Assembly (NCBI RefSeq): GCF_000011325.1
Contig: NC_003450.3
Span: 1,650,001 to 1,682,000 of the forward strand
Reading direction: 5' to 3'
Origin: Corynebacterium glutamicum ATCC 13032
GTDB taxonomy: Bacteria > Actinomycetota > Actinomycetes > Mycobacteriales > Mycobacteriaceae
Length of the DNA: 32,000 nucleotides
Positions 1 to 8,787 of this stretch are shown piece after piece. Each line of letters opens with the position of its first letter. Positions within the stretch are counted from its first letter, which is position 1. The notes beneath the pieces were generated by a model. It did not search any database. It saw nothing but the letters and a program-made list of their open reading frames with translations, and was not told the origin of the DNA. The translations under genes and the position numbers were made by a program.

Positions 1-122
1 ATGGCGTGGATCTCACCAGAGTTGATGGTGAGGTTGACGCCCTTGAGGATTTCCTTAGGCTCAGCGGACTCATCGGACGGCAGGACCTGTGCGTGCAGGT
101 TACGGATTTCAAGAGTGCTCAT
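1..122 (-). CDS. sufC: Fe-S cluster assembly ATPase SufC, first ~40 codons only (gene runs off the window start)
   Basis: Minus-strand translation from the ATG at 122-120 reads MSTLEIRNLHAQVLPSDESAEPKEILKGVNLTINSGEIHA, a typical SufC N-terminus. It lies downstream of sufB-sufD on the same strand. It is absent from the ORF track because the window edge truncates it. Confidence 0.85.
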   Translation of the reverse strand, partial: MSTLEIRNLHAQVLPSDESAEPKEILKGVNLTINSGEIHA

Positions 123-245
123 CTGTCACAATCTTTCAGGGTTGAAGCGAATTTTAAACTGAAGTATTAGCTGGGCCGGTTTTTCTGCCGCCCAGCTTGG
201 CCAAGTAACTGTGCTTAGCCACTTGGCTTAGTTACTTTGGCTTAA

Positions 246-1424
246 TTACATGCCAAGAACTGCGAGTTCCGAGCTGACTCGGTTGTCCAATTCCCCGCGG
301 ATGGATTCAACTGGGACCTTGTTGATCACTTCGTTGAAGAAACCGCGGACGATGAGGCGGCGTGCTTCCTCTGCAGGAATACCACGGGCCTGGAGGTAGA
401 ACACGTGCTCGTCGTCGAAACGACCGACGGTTGCTGCGTGTCCTGCGCCAACGATCTGGCCGGTTTCAATCTCGAGGTTTGGAATAGCGTCTGCGCGTGC
501 ACCCTCGGTGAGGACGAGTGAGCGGTTAGCTTCGTAGGTGTCAGTGCCGTGGGCGTTTGAGCGGATGAGCACATCGCCAACCCAGCAGGTACGGGCATCT
601 GGCTTGTCAGAGTTCTTGTCACCCTGAAGTGCGCCCTTGTACAAGACGTTGGAGCGACAGTTTGGTACAGCGTGGTCAACCAGCAGGCGCTGCTCGAAGT
701 ACTGTCCATCATCTGCGAAGTAGACGCCGAGCATTTCTGCGTCGCCACCTGGTGCGGTGAAACGCACGCGTGGGACGATGCGGACTACTTCTCCACCGAA
801 GGTTGCCACGGTGTGGCGTAGAGTTGCGTCGCGTCCCAGCTGTGCAAGCTGGTTGCTCAGGTGAACTGCGTCAGCGTTCCAGTGGGTGTCCGTGATGACG
901 GTCAGGCGTGCGTTGTCGCCAACGATGAATTCGACGTTGTCAGCGTGGGTGCCGGATCCGACGTACTGCAGTGCGACGATAGCGTCTGCGCCCGCTTCAA
1001 CCTCGATGGAGATTGCGCCGAAAGAGGTAACGCCTTCACCCTTGCCAGTAACCGTGATGGTTACTGGGGTTGGGTTGTGGGAGTTTTTGGCAAAGGTGAC
1101 AACATTGCCCTGTTCCTTGGAGGTCCAGGCCTGAGCTGCGACGCGGTCTACTGGTGCGCCTGCGCGACCCAGTCGAGCATCGTCCTTTGCGACAACTTCG
1201 TGGCTTGCGCCTTCTGCATCTGCAGGGATCTCGACGGTGACGTCAGAGGTGGTTGCAGGTGCGAACTCGCCGTTGTGGAGTCCGCGAAGACGGCGTAGGG
1301 AAATGAAACGCCATTCTTCGTCGCGTCCGCGTGGGATCTCAAAGTCCTCAACATTAAATGAGGAGAAGAGGTCGCCCTTGGTGTTGTGCGGGGTTGCGGC
1401 CTTTACGGTTGCTACTTCAGTCAT
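246..1424 (-). CDS. sufD: Fe-S cluster assembly protein SufD
   Basis: 392-aa ORF with a SufB/SufD-family C-terminal region (GHAATVGRFDDEHVFYLQARGIPAEEARRLIVRGFF). It starts 5 nt after the sufB stop and sits in the canonical sufB-sufD-sufC order. Confidence 0.9.
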   Translation of the reverse strand: MTEVATVKAATPHNTKGDLFSSFNVEDFEIPRGRDEEWRFISLRRLRGLHNGEFAPATTSDVTVEIPADAEGASHEVVAKDDARLGRAGAPVDRVAAQAWTSKEQGNVVTFAKNSHNPTPVTITVTGKGEGVTSFGAISIEVEAGADAIVALQYVGSGTHADNVEFIVGDNARLTVITDTHWNADAVHLSNQLAQLGRDATLRHTVATFGGEVVRIVPRVRFTAPGGDAEMLGVYFADDGQYFEQRLLVDHAVPNCRSNVLYKGALQGDKNSDKPDARTCWVGDVLIRSNAHGTDTYEANRSLVLTEGARADAIPNLEIETGQIVGAGHAATVGRFDDEHVFYLQARGIPAEEARRLIVRGFFNEVINKVPVESIRGELDNRVSSELAVLGM

Positions 1425-1429
1425 TGGGC

Positions 1430-2875
1430 TTAGCCCACCGATCCTTCCATCTGCAGTTCGATCAGTCGGTTGAGCTCAAGGGCGTACTCCATTGGGAGTT
1501 CCTTAGCGATTGGCTCAACGAAGCCACGAACGATCATTGCCATTGCTTCTTCTTCCGCAAGTCCGCGGCTCATGAGGTAGAACAGCTGCTCTTCAGAAAC
1601 CTGGGAAACAGTTGCCTCGTGGCCGAGTGACACGTGATCGTTACGGATGTCGTTGTATGGGTAGGTGTCAGAACGGGAGATGTCATCGACCAGCAGTGCG
1701 TCACACTCAACGTTGGAGGTTGAGTGGTGAGCGTTTGCGTTGATCTGAACCAGACCACGGTAAGCCGCACGTCCACCGCCACGTGCCACAGACTTGGACA
1801 CGATGTTGGAGGAAGTGTAAGGAGCCATGTGGGTCATCTTGGCGCCGGTGTCCTGGAACTGTCCCTCACCTGCGAAAGCGACGGAGAGAACTTCGCCCTT
1901 TGCGTGTGGGCCAGTCATCCAGACAGCTGGGTACTTCATGGTGACCTTGGAGCCGATGTTGCCATCGACCCATTCCATGGTGCCGCCCTCTTCAACCTTG
2001 GTGCGCTTGGTCACCAGGTTGTAGACGTTGTTGGACCAGTTCTGAATGGTGGTGTAGCGGCAGCGTCCACCCTTCTTCACGATGATCTCAACGACTGCGG
2101 AGTGCAGGGAGTCGGACTTGTAAATAGGTGCGGTACAGCCCTCAACGTAGTGAACGTAGGCATCCTCATCAACGATGATCAGGGTGCGTTCGAACTGACC
2201 CATGTTCTCGGTGTTGATGCGGAAGTAAGCCTGCAGAGGAATGTCCACGTGGACACCCTTTGGCACGTAGATGAAAGATCCACCGGACCAGACAGCGGAG
2301 TTCAGTGCGGAGAACTTGTTGTCGCCTGCTGGAATGACGGTGCCGAAGTACTCCTGGAAGATCTCAGGGTGCTCTTTCAGTGCGGTATCGGTGTCAAGGA
2401 AGATAACTCCCTTTTCCTCCAGGTCCTCGCGGATCTGGTGGTAGACAACCTCAGACTCGTACTGAGCTGCAACACCTGCAACGAGGCGCTGCTTCTCGGC
2501 CTCAGGAATACCCAGCTTGTCGTAGGTATTCTTGATGTCTTCTGGGAGATCCTCCCAGGACTGTGCCTGCTTCTCAGTGGAGCGGACGAAGTATTTAATG
2601 TTGTCGAAGTCAATGCCTGAAAGGTCTGCACCCCAGGTTGGAACTGGCTTCTTATCAAAAATGCTCAGGGCCTTGAGGCGCTGCTGAAGCATCCATTCTG
2701 GCTCGCTCTTCTTCGCAGAGATGTCGCGTACGACATCCTCGCTGAGACCACGCTGTGCGGATGCACCAGCGTCGTCGGAGTCGTGCCAACCATAGTTGTA
2801 CGGACCGATGGATTCAATGATCTGGTCATCGGTCAAGGGCTCGTTAACCCCTGGGTTCGTCGTTGCCGAAGTCAT
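1430..2875 (-). CDS. sufB: Fe-S cluster assembly scaffold SufB
   Basis: 481-aa ORF with highly conserved SufB sequence ([37 protein letters not shown]). A strong RBS (AAAGGAG) lies upstream of the ATG at 2875. Confidence 0.95.
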   Translation of the reverse strand: MTSATTNPGVNEPLTDDQIIESIGPYNYGWHDSDDAGASAQRGLSEDVVRDISAKKSEPEWMLQQRLKALSIFDKKPVPTWGADLSGIDFDNIKYFVRSTEKQAQSWEDLPEDIKNTYDKLGIPEAEKQRLVAGVAAQYESEVVYHQIREDLEEKGVIFLDTDTALKEHPEIFQEYFGTVIPAGDNKFSALNSAVWSGGSFIYVPKGVHVDIPLQAYFRINTENMGQFERTLIIVDEDAYVHYVEGCTAPIYKSDSLHSAVVEIIVKKGGRCRYTTIQNWSNNVYNLVTKRTKVEEGGTMEWVDGNIGSKVTMKYPAVWMTGPHAKGEVLSVAFAGEGQFQDTGAKMTHMAPYTSSNIVSKSVARGGGRAAYRGLVQINANAHHSTSNVECDALLVDDISRSDTYPYNDIRNDHVSLGHEATVSQVSEEQLFYLMSRGLAEEEAMAMIVRGFVEPIAKELPMEYALELNRLIELQMEGSVG

Positions 2876-2890
2876 GATCCGCTCCTTTCA

Positions 2891-3586
2891 TCAGGAGTGT
2901 TTGATGGGTGTCAATGGAATATTTGTTGTGCAGATGCCGTGGCCGTCCGCGATTGTTGCCAATGGTTGCGTGTGCTGCCCCAAAAGTTCTGAGACTGCTT
3001 GATGCTCTGCCTCACACAGTTCCGGAAATTCCGTGGCGACTGTAGATATTGGACAGTGATGCTGGCAGAGTTGCAACCCGTTTCGAGTGGCATCGACAGT
3101 TGCTGCATAACCATGCCGACTAAAAGCTTCAACTAAAGATTTGGCTGTATCTTCGATTGATTGATCTGTGACATCTGCTGGGGTAATACCCTCAACAATT
3201 GTTTCGATCCGCTTTCTAGCAAATTGCCTTACTGCATCATCTCCGCCGACCTCTCGAAGAGTGGCTAGAGCTGCCGCAGCAAGGGAATCATATTCGTGGC
3301 CGAAGATTGAGCGACCTTTATCAGTAAGCCGATAAGTTTTTGCTGGCCTACCGCGCATTTTGGGCTCATATGGGTTCTGGCGCGGATTTGCCGCCTCCGC
3401 CAGATTTTCTTCAACCAAGTTGTCTAGGTGCCTGCGCACTCCCACAGTTGAAAGCTGAAGCTGTTCAGCAATATCTGAAGCGATCACCGGTGCACGTTCC
3501 AACAGGATGAGAAGAATTTTTCGGCGCGTATCACCGTCTCCGGTGTGCGCGTCGTTGCCTTTTACAACATCTCCCACTGGTGTCAC
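2891..3586 (-). CDS. sufR: SufR-type transcriptional repressor of the suf operon (winged-helix N-terminus, Cys-containing C-terminus)
   Basis: 231-aa maximal ORF directly upstream of sufB. It has an N-terminal wHTH (RRKILLILLERAPVIASDIAEQLQLSTVGVRRHLDNL) and C-terminal cysteines (LCQHHCPI...ELCEAEH) suitable for an Fe-S sensor. The true start is probably the second GTG at 3577, which lies 8 nt after AGGAGG. Confidence 0.8.
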   Translation of the reverse strand: MTPVGDVVKGNDAHTGDGDTRRKILLILLERAPVIASDIAEQLQLSTVGVRRHLDNLVEENLAEAANPRQNPYEPKMRGRPAKTYRLTDKGRSIFGHEYDSLAAAALATLREVGGDDAVRQFARKRIETIVEGITPADVTDQSIEDTAKSLVEAFSRHGYAATVDATRNGLQLCQHHCPISTVATEFPELCEAEHQAVSELLGQHTQPLATIADGHGICTTNIPLTPIKHS

Positions 3587-3865
3587 CTCCTGCTTGATTT
3601 AGCTTTCACCTTTAGACAACACAAGTGTTCCCTAATTCCATTCCCGTGTCCAATCCCTTCCCCCCTACCAGCGCAAATAGACGTAGAAAAATCATCAATA
3701 AATAAAAACTAAGCGAACCCTAAGCCAACCAAAGGTAACCTTATTTATGCTGGCCACAGGTGGTGTGTTTTAAAACTTCATTCCAATTACCGAAAATGAA
3801 TATAATTTGAGATTTAGCTCACACTATCCCCCTTCGGGTCACCACCAGACTCTGATGCGAGGTAA

Positions 3866-5674
3866 ATGTTCTCCGCTCCCTTGCGTAGAATGATGCGAGT
3901 GACGAAGGACGAGCAGATTCAACCCAATTCGAACGCCCCTGAAAACAGAAAATGGTTTCCTCGGGCACCTCGTCCCCTACGCCAATTTCTCGACACTTTG
4001 CCGCGCATCGGCACCGCTGGTTCCAGATCAGCGACCCTCCACGTGGAAGACGAGCAGAGCCCTTTAGGGGCAACGCTTTTCGACGTCGCGACCGGCGCGA
4101 GCTCCATCAACGACCGCGATACCGACGCCTCAGGGCTTGAGCCTGAAAAGATTCGCCGATTTGCATGGCTGCGCCTGATCGGCACCATGGGTGCGTTAAT
4201 GATCGCGTTTGGTGCGCTGGGCGCGGGTGCACTTCCGGTGGTGAATAATCCGTATGTGGATTTCCCTGGCGGAAACTTCATGAGCCGAATGCTGCAGACC
4301 TCTTCCATGATCGTGCTCATCGGCGTGGGATTTTTGGTGCTGGCGTGGGTGTTAATGGCACCGCTGGTGGGTATTCCTTTTAAACGCAGCGGAAACAGAA
4401 CAGCCAGCGTGAGTTTGTCCATGCTGCGCCGCACATTTGGCGCCTGGGTAGCGCCCATCATGCTCACCGCCCCACTGTTTACTCAAGACATTTATTCTTA
4501 TCTGGCACAAGGCTCTGTGACCGCGCAGGGAATGGATGCCTACGCCGGTGGACCGCTTGAACTATTGGGGCCCGATAATCATCTGGCACGGTCCGTGCCC
4601 TTTATTTGGGCCCAGTCGCCCTCGCCCTACGGCCCTGTTGCGCTGAGCATCGCGGCGTCGATAAGCGTTATTACTAATGACAGCATCGTTGGAGGCGTGC
4701 TGGCGCACCGTATTGCGTCGCTGCTGGGCGTTGTGGCTGCAGGCTGGGCGATCACCATGCTGGCCAGGCGCTGTCGGGTATCTGAAGAAGCGTCCTTTTA
4801 CCTGGGCGTACTTAATCCGCTGCTGATTCTGCACCTGATCGGCGGTATTCACAACGAATCCATCCTGCTGGGATTTTTACTTGTTGGCCTGGAACTCGGA
4901 CTGCGTGGCACCGACCGGATTCAAACAGGGCTGTGGGGGCCTGCGTGGACATATATTGCACTGAGTGGCGTATTGATTTCTTGCGCAGGCCTGGTCAAGG
5001 TGACCGGCTTTATTGGGCTCGGTTTTGTGGGCATGGCCTTGGCCAGGGCGTTTCATGCACGTGGACATCGACACGTCGTTGCGATCGGCGTTGCAGGCCT
5101 CGTTCAAGTAGCAGCCCTGGTGATCACCGTGGTTGTTCTCAGTGTGATTACCGGAATCAGTTTGGGGTGGATCACAGGTCAAGGTGGCGCTGCGACGATC
5201 CGAAGCTGGATGTCTATGACCACCAACATTGGCGTTATTTCTGGATTCATCGGAATGAATTTGGGGCTAGGCGACCACACCGCAGCCATGCTCGTTGTGA
5301 CCCGTGCAGCCGGAATCGCGGTAGCTGCCGCCTTCATGGTTCGTATGTTGTTTGCCACATATAGAGGTCACATTCACGCTGTGGGCGGACTGGGCGTGGC
5401 GACTTTCGTCCTCGTTATCCTCTTCCCCGTGGTGCATCCGTGGTACATGCTGTGGGCTATCGTGCCGCTAGCTTCCTGGGCAAATAGACTGTTCTTCCAG
5501 CTCGGAGTGATTGCCTACTCCACTGCCTTCAGTTTCTTTGTGCTGCCTCGCGGGCTTGCACTTCCAGTCGGAACTGTCTTTTCCATCTACTTCGGCGCAG
5601 CGCTCGGATTCAGCATTCTCCTATTAGTTGGATGGTGGAGTTTGAGGCGGAATCCAACCTTTGGTTTACACTGA
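3866..5674 (+). CDS. mptB: Polytopic membrane glycosyltransferase, likely alpha-(1->6)-mannopyranosyltransferase MptB (lipomannan core synthesis)
   Basis: 602-aa ORF with many predicted transmembrane helices and a cytoplasmic basic N-terminus. Its position next to sufR matches the MptB locus as I recall it (NCgl1505 / Rv1459c). The start codon is uncertain: the ATG at 3866 has a closely spaced GAGG, and in-frame ATGs lie at codons 9-10. Confidence 0.7.
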   Translation: MFSAPLRRMMRVTKDEQIQPNSNAPENRKWFPRAPRPLRQFLDTLPRIGTAGSRSATLHVEDEQSPLGATLFDVATGASSINDRDTDASGLEPEKIRRFAWLRLIGTMGALMIAFGALGAGALPVVNNPYVDFPGGNFMSRMLQTSSMIVLIGVGFLVLAWVLMAPLVGIPFKRSGNRTASVSLSMLRRTFGAWVAPIMLTAPLFTQDIYSYLAQGSVTAQGMDAYAGGPLELLGPDNHLARSVPFIWAQSPSPYGPVALSIAASISVITNDSIVGGVLAHRIASLLGVVAAGWAITMLARRCRVSEEASFYLGVLNPLLILHLIGGIHNESILLGFLLVGLELGLRGTDRIQTGLWGPAWTYIALSGVLISCAGLVKVTGFIGLGFVGMALARAFHARGHRHVVAIGVAGLVQVAALVITVVVLSVITGISLGWITGQGGAATIRSWMSMTTNIGVISGFIGMNLGLGDHTAAMLVVTRAAGIAVAAAFMVRMLFATYRGHIHAVGGLGVATFVLVILFPVVHPWYMLWAIVPLASWANRLFFQLGVIAYSTAFSFFVLPRGLALPVGTVFSIYFGAALGFSILLLVGWWSLRRNPTFGLH

Positions 5675-5680
5675 TCAACT

Positions 5681-6703
5681 GTGACTACTGATTTTTCGGC
5701 CTCTAGCTCTAATTTTGGAGCCGCAGAAGGCGCACTTGATGCCATAAACCCCGTCCCACCAAACGATCCAGCAATCGTGGTGAACAACGTGGTAAAAAGA
5801 TTTGGCACCAAGGAAGCAGTAGCCGGAATCTCCTTCGAAGTCCCCCGCGGTCAAGTTTTGGCCCTCCTGGGACCTAATGGCGCAGGCAAAACCACCACCA
5901 TTGAAATGTGCGAAGGTTTTACCGCCCCCACCTCTGGCAGCATCCGAGTCTTGGGCATCGATCCAGCCACAGAACCAGACCAGGTGCGCCGACGCATCGG
6001 CATCATGCTTCAAGGTGGCGGTTCCTACAGCGGAATCCGCGTGTTTGAAATGCTCAAGCTTGCGGCGTCCTACAACGACAACCCACACGATCCTGAATGG
6101 CTGCTTGATCTTGTAGGACTGCGTGAACAACGCAAAACCACCTACCGACGTCTGTCAGGTGGCCAACAGCAACGCCTTTCTTTGGCCTTAGCATTAATTG
6201 GTCGCCCTGAGATTATCTTCCTCGACGAACCCACCGCTGGCATGGATGCGCAATCACGCAACATGGTGTGGGAGCTTGTCAACGATCTCCGCCGCGACGG
6301 CGTCACCATCGTGCTCACCACCCACCTGATGGATGAGGCCGAAGCACTAGCTGACCACGTGATCATCGTTGCCAACGGTCAAATCCTTGCCAGTGGCACA
6401 CCTGATGAACTCACTGCGCAACGCGATCATCTTGAAATTAATGTCTCCGTAGAGACCACGAGCCCGCTTGATCTTGATCGCTTGGTGGATGATCTCAGCA
6501 GCTTAAACATCGGTGATGTGAAAGCACGAGCCAACCGGCCACTGCATTATTCACTTCGGACGCAACAAGCCACCCCGGATTCCTTGGCGCACATCGTCCA
6601 GGCTGTCGCCCGCCAAAACGTCATGATTCGCTCTTTGGATACGGGACACCGCTCATTGGAAGATGTCTTCCTGGACATCACCGGAAAAGAACTGAGGAGT
6701 TAA
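5681..6703 (+). CDS. ABC transporter ATP-binding protein (DrrA/ABC-2 exporter type)
   Basis: Walker A GPNGAGKTT, ABC signature LSGGQQQRL and Walker B IIFLDEPTAGMD, plus a C-terminal extension of about 100 aa. The GTG start lies 6 nt after the mptB stop. The exact start is uncertain. Confidence 0.9.
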   Translation: MTTDFSASSSNFGAAEGALDAINPVPPNDPAIVVNNVVKRFGTKEAVAGISFEVPRGQVLALLGPNGAGKTTTIEMCEGFTAPTSGSIRVLGIDPATEPDQVRRRIGIMLQGGGSYSGIRVFEMLKLAASYNDNPHDPEWLLDLVGLREQRKTTYRRLSGGQQQRLSLALALIGRPEIIFLDEPTAGMDAQSRNMVWELVNDLRRDGVTIVLTTHLMDEAEALADHVIIVANGQILASGTPDELTAQRDHLEINVSVETTSPLDLDRLVDDLSSLNIGDVKARANRPLHYSLRTQQATPDSLAHIVQAVARQNVMIRSLDTGHRSLEDVFLDITGKELRS

Positions 6704-6711
6704 CGCACACC

Positions 6712-7518
6712 ATGTCTAAACCTTTTGAAAACTCTGCGCTCCGCGGTTCTTCTCGATTCCCAGCTGGAACGTTCACCCCTGCTCCCAAACGAGCCACCCC
6801 GGCAAAAATGTTGGCTGCTCAGGGCAAGATGGAATCCCTGCTGTTTCTTCGCCACGGCGAACAGCAACTGCTCAGCATCATCATTCCCTTGGTCGCGCTC
6901 ATCGCACTAGCGAATTTTGATTTCATCCCTGGTGAGAACTCCCTCGACAAGACTTTCCCCTTCGCGCTGGCCACAGCAGCCATGAGCGCTGGTTTTACAG
7001 GTCAAGCCATCAGCCTAGCTTTTGACCGCCGCTATGGTGCCCTCAAGCGCACCGGCGCCAGCGGTGTTCCCGCCTGGACGATTATTTTTGGCAAAGTCAT
7101 CGCAGTCATTGCAGTCACCATTGTGCAGATCATCTTTCTCGGTGTGACTGCACTGCTGTTGGGCTGGTCCGCACCTGTCGGTGGTGTGCTCTTTGGCATC
7201 GTGACCCTATTTGTGGGTGTTTCCAGCTTCACCGCGCTCGGCATGCTGATGGGCGGAACGTTGTCCTCCGAATTGGTATTGGCACTGGCTAACTTGATTT
7301 GGATTGTACTGTCCGGCCTTGCAGCATGGGCGGTCTTTTCCCCTTCCGTCAACGCTGAAGGAGTGCTGTCCATCATCCCATCCGTTGCGCTGTCCCAAGG
7401 TATGGTTGACGCATTCAACGGCGAACTTCCGTGGCTCCAGCTAGGAATTTTGGTGGGCTGGCTAATTATCACCGGCGTGGCCGCAAACAAGCTATTTAAC
7501 TTCTCTGCGAGCCGCTAG
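6712..7518 (+). CDS. ABC-2 type transporter permease
   Basis: 268-aa hydrophobic protein with about 6 TM segments, immediately downstream of the ATPase. An AGGAG RBS lies inside the end of the ATPase gene. Confidence 0.85.
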   Translation: MSKPFENSALRGSSRFPAGTFTPAPKRATPAKMLAAQGKMESLLFLRHGEQQLLSIIIPLVALIALANFDFIPGENSLDKTFPFALATAAMSAGFTGQAISLAFDRRYGALKRTGASGVPAWTIIFGKVIAVIAVTIVQIIFLGVTALLLGWSAPVGGVLFGIVTLFVGVSSFTALGMLMGGTLSSELVLALANLIWIVLSGLAAWAVFSPSVNAEGVLSIIPSVALSQGMVDAFNGELPWLQLGILVGWLIITGVAANKLFNFSASR

Positions 7519-7637
7519 ATATACCCTTAGTCGGAAAATATCCTTAAAAGTTCCCGGGAGTTTCAGTGGCAAATACCACCACTTCCATACCGGGAACAAT
7601 TGTATAAAACTAGCCATGACCTGCTAGGATCAGCGAC

Positions 7638-8678
7638 GTGTCTACTTCAGTTGCTCCCTCAAATAATCCAGTTGAGTTGAAGCCCATTACTTTCTGGGCA
7701 CCGACCATCAAAGTGCAGCGCATTCTCGCGCTCCTACTGTTGATTTTCCAGGGAGGCATCACCGTTACGGGCTCTATCGTCCGTGTCACAGGCTCCGGCC
7801 TCGGTTGTGATACCTGGCCACTATGCCACGAAGGTTCACTAGTCCCAGTCGCAGGCGCAGCACCATGGATCCACCAGGCAGTGGAATTTGGTAACCGCAT
7901 GCTCACTTTCGTGCTTGCTGCCGCAGCGCTTGCGTTGTTCATTGCAGTTCTTGGCGCAAAACGCCGCCGCGAGATCCTGGTCCATTCCTTCATCCAGGGT
8001 TTGGGCATCATCTTGCAGGCTGTCATCGGTGGCATCACCGTGCTGGTTGATTTGCACTGGTACGCCGTTGCTTTGCACTTCCTGCCATCCATGATCCTTG
8101 TTTTCATGGCCGCGATTTTGTACACCCGCATCGGCGAGCCCGATGACGGCGAGATTACCACCACATTCCCCACGTGGATCCGCAATGTAGCTGTCATTGG
8201 TGCAGTAGCGCTCTCCGTAGTACTGATCACCGGCACCATGACCACCGGCGCTGGCGTTCACTCTGGCGATGCATCAATCACCATGGATGATCGCCTCGAT
8301 GTCAGCATCGACTTGATGGCCCACATCCACGGCTACAGCATGTACATCTACCTCTTCTTCACCCTCATCGTGGTCGCCGGTCTGTACAAGGCAAAAACCA
8401 CCAAGCACAACAAGCAGCTTGGCCTCATGCTGATTCTGTTCATTCTGATTCAGGCAGGTATCGGCATCTTGCAGTACCGCATGGGTGTGCCACGCTGGAG
8501 CATCCCATTCCACATCGCAATGTCTTCTGTCGTTGTTGCCTTCACTTCCCTTCTGTGGGCGCAGGGTCGTATACGCGTCGGCGGTAAAGCCACCGTTACT
8601 GGTTCTGTTGATGGCGATATTAAGAACGAGATCATTACGAACCCCTTTGAGAAGAAATCAAAGCAGCCTGTTAAATAA
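7638..8678 (+). CDS. ctaA: Heme A synthase (COX15/CtaA family)
   Basis: 346-aa polytopic protein with the CtaA cysteine motif GLGCDTWPLCHG and conserved His residues in the TM helices. GTG start 7 nt after AGGAT. ctaB is nearby. Confidence 0.85.
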   Translation: MSTSVAPSNNPVELKPITFWAPTIKVQRILALLLLIFQGGITVTGSIVRVTGSGLGCDTWPLCHEGSLVPVAGAAPWIHQAVEFGNRMLTFVLAAAALALFIAVLGAKRRREILVHSFIQGLGIILQAVIGGITVLVDLHWYAVALHFLPSMILVFMAAILYTRIGEPDDGEITTTFPTWIRNVAVIGAVALSVVLITGTMTTGAGVHSGDASITMDDRLDVSIDLMAHIHGYSMYIYLFFTLIVVAGLYKAKTTKHNKQLGLMLILFILIQAGIGILQYRMGVPRWSIPFHIAMSSVVVAFTSLLWAQGRIRVGGKATVTGSVDGDIKNEIITNPFEKKSKQPVK

Positions 8679-8695
8679 CACGCAACTGTATCGGT

Positions 8696-8732
8696 AAAAG
8701 GCCCAATCAAGGATTCTTGGTTGGGTCTTTTT
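8696..8732 (+). terminator. Rho-independent terminator of ctaA
   Basis: Stem CCCAATCAA (8702-8710) pairs with TTGGTTGGG (8717-8725), 9 bp including one G-U, followed by TCTTTTT. It lies 20 nt after the ctaA stop. Confidence 0.7.
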
Positions 8733-8787
8733 CCATGCTTTTCATGCTTCGAACAGTCCAGAATAGCCCTGACCTAGACTTAGAGCT

